Source: Victivallales bacterium
GTDB taxonomy: Bacteria > Verrucomicrobiota > Lentisphaeria > Victivallales > GWF2-38-69
Direction of reading: 5' to 3'
DNA: 64,000 bases
Assembly: GCA_021733985.1 (NCBI GenBank)
Contig: JAIPJT010000007.1
Location: 10,854-74,853, forward strand
The position numbers and the translations under genes are program-made. Below are positions 29,372 to 37,535 of the stretch, piece by piece. Within the stretch, counting starts at the first letter, position 1; every line of letters begins with the position of its first letter. The notes under the pieces are model-generated. The model saw only the letters and a list, made by a program, of their open reading frames with translations. It did not search any database and was not told the origin of the DNA.

Positions 29372-29605
29372 TTAAAGGATACCGAAGCTTTCATCCTCTT
29401 CTTCCGGTAATTCATAATCAAGCAAACCCTCTGAAATTTCCAGTAATGCCAAATCCAGAAACTCATCCTCTTCATTTTTGACCAAGGGTCTGGCGCCTCT
29501 TAAAAGCTGTTTTGCTCTCCTTGAAGCCAATATACATAAAGCCCTTTTATCCGGTATCTTTTCTAAAGCTTTTTGAAGATATTTTTCGTTCATATAATTC
29601 CTCAT
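29372..29605 (-). CDS. rpoZ: DNA-directed RNA polymerase subunit omega
   Basis: 77 aa. ..ALEKIPDKRALCILASRRAKQLLRGARPLV.. is the RpoZ signature. It has an acidic C-terminus. Confidence 0.75.
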   Translation of the reverse strand: MRNYMNEKYLQKALEKIPDKRALCILASRRAKQLLRGARPLVKNEEDEFLDLALLEISEGLLDYELPEEEDESFGIL

Positions 29606-29692
29606 TTAAATTTAGTTCCGGATTTCATATTTCTACAAAATCCGGAATATTATAAGTTAAAATTTTATTTAAAGTATTGCGTGTAACTGCTG

Positions 29693-31417
29693 TTAATAAT
29701 CAACAATATCTTTATGATCGTCAATTAGAGTCAAATCACCGCTGGTTGCTACGTTATAAAGTCTTTCCTGTTCAGGAACTGCATCGAGAATAAATCTTTC
29801 TGCAAATATTTCGCGCTCGGGCGATTTGACTGCATCACGCAGTAGTAGATAGCTGACAAAGGCATTTGTTTCCATGGAAACCAAATTTTTGGTCATCAGT
29901 TCATGGTATTCCTGCTCCTTGCCTGCGGTGAACTTAACTGCTTCCCGGCTCTGTTCTCTCATTTTAGCTGCCTTTTCAGAAAGTCTTTTGAGTTTTCCCT
30001 GATATGGAAGAGAAGAAAATTCATCCATCATCGGATCAAGAGTCCTCTGTACAATACCGCCGATCGCCGCAACACGCTGCAACTGTGTCGTACCTTCATA
30101 AATATTGGTTATTCTGGCATCTCTGTAGAAACGCTCGGCATTAAAGTCTCTCATATAGCCTGTTCCGCCGTGAATCTGAAGCCCGTCATAAGCAACCTGG
30201 TTGGCAACCTCTGTAGCCAGTGCTTTAGACATTGGAGTAAGAACAGCAGCAAGTTTGCTGTAAGTTTTCTGTTTTTTGCGGATTTCAGGAGTTACGTCCT
30301 TACGGTCACTATGATTAACTATATGTGTATAATCATTTCTCAAATCTACAACTTTAGTTGTTTCATAAAGAAGGGCTCTGGTTGCTACGATTTTCATTTT
30401 CATATCTGTAAGCATTTGGTAAACCGGAGCGAAATGATCAATAGACTTTCTGAACTGCTCGCGTTCTTCGGCATATTTTTTAGCTTCACGGAATGCTGCT
30501 TCAGCGATACCAAGCGCCTGTGCACTTATGGCTACTCTTGCACCGTTCATAAGGCTCATGACATATTTTGTCAGACCCCTTCTCCTAAGGCCGCACAATT
30601 CAGCAGGAACATTATTATACTGCAGTTCGCATGTTGCGACACCGTGAATACCAAGTTTGTCTTCAATACGTCTTACTACAAGTTCAGGACACGCTTCACA
30701 AATAAACATTGAAAGACCGCGGCCGTCTACAGTACCTTCTTCTGACCTTGCGAGGACAAGATGGACTTTTGAACAGCCGTTTGTGATAAAACGTTTCATT
30801 CCATTGAGGTACCATTGATCTTTTTTAGAATCATAAGTGGCCTTAAGTCTTACAGACTGAAGGTCGGAGCCGGAATCAGGTTCCGTGAGGTCCATGGAAC
30901 CGTCTGCTTCTCCAGATGAAAAGCGGGGGAGATATTTCTGCTTCTGTTCTTCATTTCCGAATTCAGAAATAGTTTCTGCAATATCCTGAAGCCCAAAGAG
31001 GTTCTGTAAACTCGCATCAGCCCTGGAAACCATTTCCGTCATCATTGTATATATAGTGACAGGAAAATTAAGTCCGCCATACTGACGGGGAAGCATAACG
31101 CCATTGACATCTGCATTTTTTAGGTCTTCAAGATTTTTCATAGTCAGCGGGTGGTTTGTAACAACACCGTCTTTAAAGGTGGGTCCGCCGTCCTGGTCAA
31201 TATCTCTTGCCCTGGGTTCAATTCTTTCTCCTGCAACATAACCGACTTCGGTTAATACTCTTGTATAGCTGTCGAGGGCATCCTCCAGGTTTTCCGGGGC
31301 GTAATCAAACTGTTCAGCCTCTTTATAATTGTTTTCACGTAATTTTACTACTTCCTCTAAATCTAAATTGTTCAGAGTATATTGTAAATCCTTGTTATCG
31401 GTAAAGAAATTAGACAT
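29693..31417 (-). CDS. Acyl-CoA dehydrogenase (long, ~570-aa type)
   Basis: ACAD N/M/C domains (TEPDSGSDLQSVRLKA, IHGGTGYMRDFNAERFYRDARITNIYEGTTQLQ). AAGGAGG SD. Lies downstream of etfBA. Confidence 0.85.
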   Translation of the reverse strand: MSNFFTDNKDLQYTLNNLDLEEVVKLRENNYKEAEQFDYAPENLEDALDSYTRVLTEVGYVAGERIEPRARDIDQDGGPTFKDGVVTNHPLTMKNLEDLKNADVNGVMLPRQYGGLNFPVTIYTMMTEMVSRADASLQNLFGLQDIAETISEFGNEEQKQKYLPRFSSGEADGSMDLTEPDSGSDLQSVRLKATYDSKKDQWYLNGMKRFITNGCSKVHLVLARSEEGTVDGRGLSMFICEACPELVVRRIEDKLGIHGVATCELQYNNVPAELCGLRRRGLTKYVMSLMNGARVAISAQALGIAEAAFREAKKYAEEREQFRKSIDHFAPVYQMLTDMKMKIVATRALLYETTKVVDLRNDYTHIVNHSDRKDVTPEIRKKQKTYSKLAAVLTPMSKALATEVANQVAYDGLQIHGGTGYMRDFNAERFYRDARITNIYEGTTQLQRVAAIGGIVQRTLDPMMDEFSSLPYQGKLKRLSEKAAKMREQSREAVKFTAGKEQEYHELMTKNLVSMETNAFVSYLLLRDAVKSPEREIFAERFILDAVPEQERLYNVATSGDLTLIDDHKDIVDY

Positions 31418-31428
31418 TGGGAACCTCC

Positions 31429-32451
31429 TTAAACCTTAGCCCTGAAGGCTTTAATCATTTTAGGAATAACTTCATTCAAGTCCCCGACTATTCCATAATG
31501 CGCTACAGAAAAAATCGGAGCATCGGGATCAGTATTGATAGCAATAATTTTACTGCTTTCATCCATTCCGGCTCTATGCTGAACAGAGCCGCTTATTCCA
31601 CAGGCAATATAAAGTTTCGGCCTGACAGTCACACCTGTCTGGCCTACCTGATGGTCATGGTTAATCCAGCCTGCATCAACAGCAGCTCTGGAGGCACCTA
31701 CGTCAGCATTAAGCGTATTTGCCAGATCATATATTATTTTAAAATTCTCTTTAGAACCTACACCGTATCCACCTGCTATTATTATCTGTGATTTTTTCAG
31801 GTCAATACTCTTTTCCTGAGTAATTCTTTCAATAACCTTAACAATTTTACTTGAAGCCGATATTTCAGGTTTGACTTTTACAACTTTCCCTTTTCTGCTC
31901 TTGTTGGGGGAAGTTATTTTCATGACTCCTTCTCTTACAGTAACCATCTGTGGGTCTTCCCAGGTTGTAACAATGGTCGCAATAATATTTCCGCCGAACG
32001 CCGGTCGAATCTGCATAAGTTTATCTTTATGATCAGTTTTAGTCAACTTGTCAACAAAGTTATCAATCTGAAGATCCGTACAGTCTGCTGTTAAACCTGC
32101 AAGCATGGTAGAAGCTATTCTCGGAGCCAGTTCACGTCCTTTTAAAGTTGCTCCAACCATAAAGATATTCGGCTTATGTTCTTTGAGAAGACTGACGATA
32201 GCTTCCGCATAAGGGAGAACTGTAAAAGGTTCCAGAGCTTTGTCTTCCACCTGATAAACTACATCTGCACCGTGATGAAATAGAGTTTCGATAGAACCCT
32301 CAAGATTATTTCCTAATATAACAGCTTCAGTTTTTACATCCAGGCGGTCTGCAATTTCCCGCCCTTTGCATATAAGTTCCAGGCTGACATCAGCAATTTT
32401 GCCGGCCTCCTGTTCTATAAATACCCAAACATTTCCTCTTTTTTCTGCCAT
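31429..32451 (-). CDS. etfA: Electron transfer flavoprotein alpha subunit
   Basis: IIAGGYGVGS, RAAVDAGW and PKLYIACGISGSVQHRAGM FAD-binding signature. Confidence 0.9.
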   Translation of the reverse strand: MAEKRGNVWVFIEQEAGKIADVSLELICKGREIADRLDVKTEAVILGNNLEGSIETLFHHGADVVYQVEDKALEPFTVLPYAEAIVSLLKEHKPNIFMVGATLKGRELAPRIASTMLAGLTADCTDLQIDNFVDKLTKTDHKDKLMQIRPAFGGNIIATIVTTWEDPQMVTVREGVMKITSPNKSRKGKVVKVKPEISASSKIVKVIERITQEKSIDLKKSQIIIAGGYGVGSKENFKIIYDLANTLNADVGASRAAVDAGWINHDHQVGQTGVTVRPKLYIACGISGSVQHRAGMDESSKIIAINTDPDAPIFSVAHYGIVGDLNEVIPKMIKAFRAKV

Positions 32452-32455
32452 GATA

Positions 32456-33352
32456 TTACCCTAATGTATGATCTTCAATTAATTCATGTATCAACTTGTT
32501 AATGCCGCTGCCAGTCGGTTCAACATTAACAACTTCTGTAGCTTCCAGCACTACGCTCTGAATTTTTTTCACTTTTGTCGGAGAGCCTTTCATCCCGATA
32601 CGCTGTAAGTCTGCTCCGATTTTTGCCGCATTCCATTCATGTATCCAGAGATTTTTCTCTTTAAGCTTAGCTTCCTCTTCAGTCAGCATTGGAGCATCGG
32701 TATAATCTGCATTTCCATGAAATTTTTTAAGTTCTGAAGCAGTTTTGGCCTTCTTGTATTTCATAATCCTCTTTGCTGCTTTAGGCCTTGGCTCATTACA
32801 TTCCACAACTGTGAGAAGCGCAGGTAATTGGGATTCAAGAACCTCAAACCCTCCTTCTATTGAACGCTTTGCTTTGATTTTTTTCTTTTCTAATTCAATA
32901 ACTTCTTCTACATAACAAACCTGTGGTATTTCAAGTTTCTCTGCGAGCTGAGGGCCGACCTGTGCTGTATCGCCGTCAATAGCCTGTCTGCCGCAGAGTA
33001 TAAGATCATAGTTTTTAACAGTTTTGGCGCAGCAGCTTAAAGCATAGCTTGTAGCAAGTGTATCTGCTCCGGCAAACCCTTTATCCGTTAAGAGAATGGC
33101 TTCATCAGCACCTCTATATAATGCAGCTCTTAAAACTTCAGCAGCATTAGGCGGCCCCATTGTCGCAACAATTACACTGTAACCAAACCGATCTTTAAGT
33201 TCAAGTCCCAATTCAAGAGCATTTAAGTCTTCCGGATTAAATATAGCCGGAAGAGCAGCTCTGTTGACAGTACCCTCCGGTGTCATAGCTTCTCCGGAAA
33301 TGTTCTTGGTGTCAGGGACTTGTTTCACAAAAACAATTAGCTGACGTTTCAC
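32456..33352 (-). CDS. etfB: Electron transfer flavoprotein beta subunit
   Basis: VKQVPD, ILCGRQAIDGDTAQVGP and GSPTKV motifs. GTG start preceded by AGGAG at 7 nt. Confidence 0.9.
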   Translation of the reverse strand: MKRQLIVFVKQVPDTKNISGEAMTPEGTVNRAALPAIFNPEDLNALELGLELKDRFGYSVIVATMGPPNAAEVLRAALYRGADEAILLTDKGFAGADTLATSYALSCCAKTVKNYDLILCGRQAIDGDTAQVGPQLAEKLEIPQVCYVEEVIELEKKKIKAKRSIEGGFEVLESQLPALLTVVECNEPRPKAAKRIMKYKKAKTASELKKFHGNADYTDAPMLTEEEAKLKEKNLWIHEWNAAKIGADLQRIGMKGSPTKVKKIQSVVLEATEVVNVEPTGSGINKLIHELIEDHTLG

Positions 33353-33623
33353 AATAATTTCTCCTGTTATTTAATTAACATTTAACTGTTTATTATTAAC
33401 TTTATATGTTAAAACTGCAACATAAAATTTAAAAATAAATATAACTCAGAAATATGGAATTTCAGTATTGACAAGGAAAAAAGGGAGTAAAAAAAAGGTT
33501 ATAAAAAATTATGTACATAAAAAGCCGATGAATTTCTCTTATTTTTATAGAAAAAAAAATAGATAAAGCATAAAATAAGATTATATATGGTTAATATGAA
33601 ATAAAAACAAGAAGGTTGAACTC

Positions 33624-34010
33624 ATGTTGCGTTTCTACAGATATTGCTTAATTTTATTGTCATTCCCTCTCGTTTTCTCTGCGTGCAGCTCAGTTTCTCA
33701 AAAAACACTGACAGATAGTGAGTACAGGGACCTCCTTAAATATGCACGTGCAATAATACAGAAAATGCCTAATGATAAGATTTCACAGAATGAAAAACAA
33801 AATATAGCTGGGCAGCTTCCGGAAAAGAAAATATTCTATACAGGTTATAAGGAAGGAAAAGTAATTCTCAAATGGAAGTTAAAGGGCGGAAAAAAGGTAA
33901 AATATATAGCAGAAGGTAAAATAATGGATTTCCAATCTTCTTTTGATGGAATAAAGATATATAATGTAAAAGTCTCAACAGCCCGCCACCCTTACCGTAC
34001 TTCGTATTAA
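33624..34010 (+). CDS. Hypothetical lipoprotein
   Basis: Signal peptide ending ..PLVFSAC (lipobox-like). No recognisable domain. Confidence 0.45.
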   Translation: MLRFYRYCLILLSFPLVFSACSSVSQKTLTDSEYRDLLKYARAIIQKMPNDKISQNEKQNIAGQLPEKKIFYTGYKEGKVILKWKLKGGKKVKYIAEGKIMDFQSSFDGIKIYNVKVSTARHPYRTSY

Positions 34011-34021
34011 TTAGCATTGAT

Positions 34022-34045
34022 CTTCGTACAACGAAGTTTAATCTT
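34022..34045 (+). terminator. Rho-independent terminator candidate
   Basis: CTTCGT-aca-ACGAAG hairpin followed by TTTAATCTTATTT, 12 nt after the lipoprotein stop. Confidence 0.35.
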
Positions 34046-34063
34046 ATTTGAAACAAACTGGTA

Positions 34064-34126
34064 GGGCGCGACCTCCGACCGTGTGAGCCATAGCCCCGCT
34101 ACTACGGGGCGACGGCTTAGCGCGCC
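34064..34126. other. GC-rich imperfect palindrome, a structured-RNA or REP-like element
   Basis: Nested pairings GGCGCG/CGCGCC, AGCC/GGCT and GCCCCG-ctacta-CGGGGC. It is strongly GC-rich against the AT-rich surroundings. Confidence 0.3.
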
Positions 34127-34213
34127 GAAATACAGCATCGTTTACTGAATATGTTATATTTTCCATTTAAATAGTAAGTTTACACTGATATATTAATTCT
34201 TGTTCTAGGGGGA

Positions 34214-34314
34214 GTCGGCTGTGAAAAATCATAAATCTTGTGATATGATTATCATAACAAAAAAAATACAAAGCTATAAAACACCTTTTCACGATGCGTA
34301 TAATTATGAAAAAT
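34214..34314 (+). repeat. Family-2 ~100-nt intergenic repeat (copy at queH)
   Basis: GTCGGCTGTGAAAAATCATAAATCTTGTGATATGATTATCATAAC...AAAACACCTTTTCACGATGCGTATAATTATGAAAAAT aligns along its whole length with 46479-46577, roughly 85% identical by eye. Confidence 0.65.
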
Positions 34315-34902
34315 AAAAAAAGTAGAATTTTAATTCCACCTGGAAATACAGAACATATCCTTCTGCATTCTTGCTGTGCACCCTGCTCATGTTCCATCAT
34401 GGAAACTCTCAAAAAAAACAATATTGGCTGTACAGTATATTTTTATAATCCTAATATCGATACTGAAAAGGAATATGAACTGCGGAAAGAAGAAAATATT
34501 AAATTTGCAAAAAAACTTGGTTTTGATTTTTACGAAGGAGACTATCAACAAGGTTCAACTGTATGGGCAGAGTATGTTGCCGGATTTGAAAATGAAAAGG
34601 AAAGAGGGAAACGGTGCAGTTTATGTTTTGAAATGAGGCTGTATGCAGCAGCAGAATTTGCATTTTATAATGGTGTTAAGGTTTTTACCAGCTCACTTGG
34701 TATTTCAAGGTGGAAAAATTTTGATGAAGTATGCAGATGCGGGATAAAAGTCGCTTCAAAATTCAGTGGAGTAGAATACTGGATAAATAACTGGCGCAAA
34801 GAAGGCGGTTCAAACCGTATGGTTGAAATTTCAAAGGAAGAAAACTTTTATAGACAGCAATACTGTGGATGTATTTATTCAAAACTTACACACTACGATT
34901 GA
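34306..34902 (+). CDS. queH: Epoxyqueuosine reductase QueH (DUF208)
   Basis: LLHSCCAPCS, CSLCFEMRL and QQYCGCIYS cysteine motifs of QueH. The start is placed at the second ATG (MKNKK), and the ORF track begins 4 codons upstream. Confidence 0.8.
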   Translation: MKNKKSRILIPPGNTEHILLHSCCAPCSCSIMETLKKNNIGCTVYFYNPNIDTEKEYELRKEENIKFAKKLGFDFYEGDYQQGSTVWAEYVAGFENEKERGKRCSLCFEMRLYAAAEFAFYNGVKVFTSSLGISRWKNFDEVCRCGIKVASKFSGVEYWINNWRKEGGSNRMVEISKEENFYRQQYCGCIYSKLTHYD

Positions 34903-35199
34903 TTTTTCGGGATTTTTCATGTAATCAATCATTTTCGCATGTATATAAAATACTTGTCGTTTAAGGTACAATAAACTGGAAATTTTAATTTAGCAGGGTC
35001 CCCAATTTTTTCGGATCTCTGTAAAATTATTATAAAATATTTTTTTGAGACCTATTGAACGATAAAATTAATTCTATATAATTAGATGCTAAAATATCTA
35101 ATTAGCTAAAATCAGTTAGTCTATAAAATAAAACATAACTTTTCATGATTTATTTTTAGAATTTGTTAAAAAATTAAACACTTTAAAATTAAAAAAAAT

Positions 35200-36045
35200 A
35201 TGGTAAATCTTAAACGCTTTTTAATAACCTTTGTTATATTTCTTTTTACTGTTACAGTTTTTGCGGCAGAACTTTACCCTGATTATTTCAGGCTGCCTCT
35301 CAGCATTGAGAACAGTATGGAAAGGCATGAAGATGTTGATTTATTTTTTGATTCTACAGAAAATGATTTGAACCTTCCCGGTGCCGGTTTGTCGAGCAAT
35401 ATTTTTTATCGGCTGAATAGGGAAAGCGACCCTCTTGAAGGAGCCAACAGATTTATTTTTAATATGAACGGTTACCTTATAGATTATGTACTGCAGCCTA
35501 TTTCATGGACATTCAGTGCGGTTATACCAAAATACGGGAGAGAGGGTATTTCACGGATGGATGTAAATATTAATATGCCTAACCGTTTAATTAACAGCAT
35601 GCTGCAGGCGAAATTTGAAAAAACAGGGACTGTACTCCTGCGTTTTGTTATCAATACGACAATAGGGGTTGCAGGTTTTTATGATGTTGCCTATTCCTGG
35701 TGGGAGTTGGAACCCTACAATACCAACTTCGGTTCCACCTTCAAGTATTGGGGTATAGGTCACGGTTTCTATTTAGTGATTCCCGTCGAAGGAAGCACAA
35801 GTTTACGTGACAGCATAGGAATGATTGGAGATTATTTTGCCAATCCGCTGACTTATATTCCTCCGTATACTTTGCTGAATCCGATTTCCTGGGGAATAAA
35901 AGCCGGGCTTGGAATAAATAAAATGACTCTTAACATAGATTCATTTCAGAAAGTGTATAAATCTAATTATGATCCATATGACCTGACAAAGCATATCTGG
36001 TTCTTTATGGAAAGACAGAACGGATCTATAAACAGCATACAATAA
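35200..36045 (+). CDS. mlaA: MlaA/VacJ-family outer-membrane lipoprotein
   Basis: GANRFIFNMNGYLIDYVLQP, NMPNRLINSMLQ and RFVINTTIGVAGFYDVA are the VacJ signature. Confidence 0.8.
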   Translation: MVNLKRFLITFVIFLFTVTVFAAELYPDYFRLPLSIENSMERHEDVDLFFDSTENDLNLPGAGLSSNIFYRLNRESDPLEGANRFIFNMNGYLIDYVLQPISWTFSAVIPKYGREGISRMDVNINMPNRLINSMLQAKFEKTGTVLLRFVINTTIGVAGFYDVAYSWWELEPYNTNFGSTFKYWGIGHGFYLVIPVEGSTSLRDSIGMIGDYFANPLTYIPPYTLLNPISWGIKAGLGINKMTLNIDSFQKVYKSNYDPYDLTKHIWFFMERQNGSINSIQ

Positions 36046-36074
36046 AATTAAAAAAACAAAATGGATAATATATA

Positions 36075-37487
36075 ATGAAGTTTATCAAAAAATTATTATT
36101 GATTATAATAATTGCCGCATCCATGTTCAGTGAAGTAAAAGCTACCACTCTGGGCCCAATTGATGTACTGGGTTATCCCTCTCAGGGACCTGCTGTGGAT
36201 ACTTTAAGAAATGCATTTAATTATTTTGCCAGTCCTGAAGCAGGTTTTTTCAGAAATCAGTTTTTTATTCGTGATAATTTTTATTCAAGGGGTTTCGTTT
36301 TCACTATCCCAATACATAAAGAAAAACAGGAAATGCATTATAAGCTTTGGCTGCAGCTGGAGCCAGCTCCTTTGGTTACTATAGTTCCCGGACTGGGTTC
36401 TTTATATAATGAGCAGACATTAATGGTGCTTGCAAATATGTTTTTTAAGTCAGGTTATTCAGTGCTCGCGATCAGCAATCCGTTCAACTGGGAGTTTATG
36501 CAGTCTGCAGCTTCGGTTCCGACTCCAGGCTATACAATCCGGGACTCTCAGGATACCTACTACGCGCTTTACAGAATAATTTCACACCTGAAAGAAAAGT
36601 ATGGGAAACGAATTACCGATAATGTTGTTATAGGTTATTCACTGGGTGCAATGTATACTATTTTTATCTCAATACTTGATGAAAAGTACAGTCTTATTAA
36701 TTATTCTAAATATGTTGCTGTTAACCCTCCGCTTAATCTTATCTATGGTACAAAAGTGCTGGATTCATATTTTAATATTATAGACAGCTGGCCGAGAACA
36801 AAATTAAAAAACAAAGCAACAAAAGCACTTGTGCTTTTTAATAAACTAATAAAAAAGAAGATTAACATAGATAAAAAACTTCCTATAGATTCAGAAGAAG
36901 CACAGTACATAATAGGGCTCTCATTTCATAATTCATTAGTGGAAATGCTTGCTTCAATTGCACAGAGGCAAAAGGGCGGCGGGTTATTTCTGCATGAATT
37001 TAATTATTATAATCGTGATTCACTGTACAGGGAACTTAACAGTTATAATTATACAAAATATATAAAATTATTGGTCCTGCCGTATTATACAAAACTATTC
37101 GGTCAGGAAGTTACATTTAAAGATTTGAACCAATGGGCGAGTCTGACAAATTATGATAAATATCTTAAAAATAATCAAAAAATCAGAGTAATTCACAATA
37201 TTAATGATTTCCTGTTAACCGAAGAAGATAAAATCTGGTTTGAAGAAGTTTTCGGAAACAGGCTGGTATACTTTTCACATGGAGGACATATTGGTAATAT
37301 GTTCTTTCCGGAAGTGCAAAAATTTATTCTTGAAGCCTCCGATCCACACAATCATAAGGTGTTTAACGGGAAGGAAGTTAAAAGGATAAAAGGAAAAGCG
37401 CTCCAATCCTACTTAAAACAGCTGACTCCTGAAGAAAGAAAAGCTTTTAAAACAAAAGCTGAAAAAATCAGTAAAGAAACAATATGA
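36075..37487 (+). CDS. Secreted alpha/beta-hydrolase-fold protein (putative lipase/esterase)
   Basis: Signal peptide, nucleophile elbow GYSLG, later NDFLL and HGGHIGN (candidate Asp/His). No more specific family is recognised. Confidence 0.5.
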   Translation: MKFIKKLLLIIIIAASMFSEVKATTLGPIDVLGYPSQGPAVDTLRNAFNYFASPEAGFFRNQFFIRDNFYSRGFVFTIPIHKEKQEMHYKLWLQLEPAPLVTIVPGLGSLYNEQTLMVLANMFFKSGYSVLAISNPFNWEFMQSAASVPTPGYTIRDSQDTYYALYRIISHLKEKYGKRITDNVVIGYSLGAMYTIFISILDEKYSLINYSKYVAVNPPLNLIYGTKVLDSYFNIIDSWPRTKLKNKATKALVLFNKLIKKKINIDKKLPIDSEEAQYIIGLSFHNSLVEMLASIAQRQKGGGLFLHEFNYYNRDSLYRELNSYNYTKYIKLLVLPYYTKLFGQEVTFKDLNQWASLTNYDKYLKNNQKIRVIHNINDFLLTEEDKIWFEEVFGNRLVYFSHGGHIGNMFFPEVQKFILEASDPHNHKVFNGKEVKRIKGKALQSYLKQLTPEERKAFKTKAEKISKETI

Positions 37488-37535
37488 TAATCTGGATTCT
37501 GTAATACAGTGATCAATATAAATGATACTCAGTTT

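Noticed and set aside
29903-30712. 269-aa plus-strand ORF in the ORF track
   Set aside because: It lies entirely antisense to the well-supported acyl-CoA dehydrogenase gene. Its translation is low-complexity with no motifs or SD. It is a typical shadow ORF of a GC-enriched gene.
34064-34126. GC-rich structured element as a tRNA / tRNA-Sec or a group II intron domain V remnant
   Set aside because: It has no cloverleaf and no GGTTCGA-type T-loop or acceptor pairing. The GAGCC..GGCTT lower stem resembles intron domain V, but the upper helix, bulge and GNRA loop are wrong, and no other intron domains or RT ORF are nearby.
34280-34305. Reading the family-2 repeat end as an ECF-type promoter (GAAAC ... 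CGTA) or a sigma-70 -10 box (TATAAT) driving the downstream genes
   Set aside because: The GAAAC-to-CGT spacing is 14 nt in two copies and 12 nt in the 8996 copy, which is too short and inconsistent for ECF promoters. TATAAT ends 1 nt before the ATG, so a transcript initiated from it would start inside the coding sequence.
34167-34421. 84-aa minus-strand ORF and 86-aa plus-strand ORF (34376-34636) around the queH start
   Set aside because: They overlap queH and the family-2 repeat, and they have no motifs. queH cysteine motifs clearly define the real frame.
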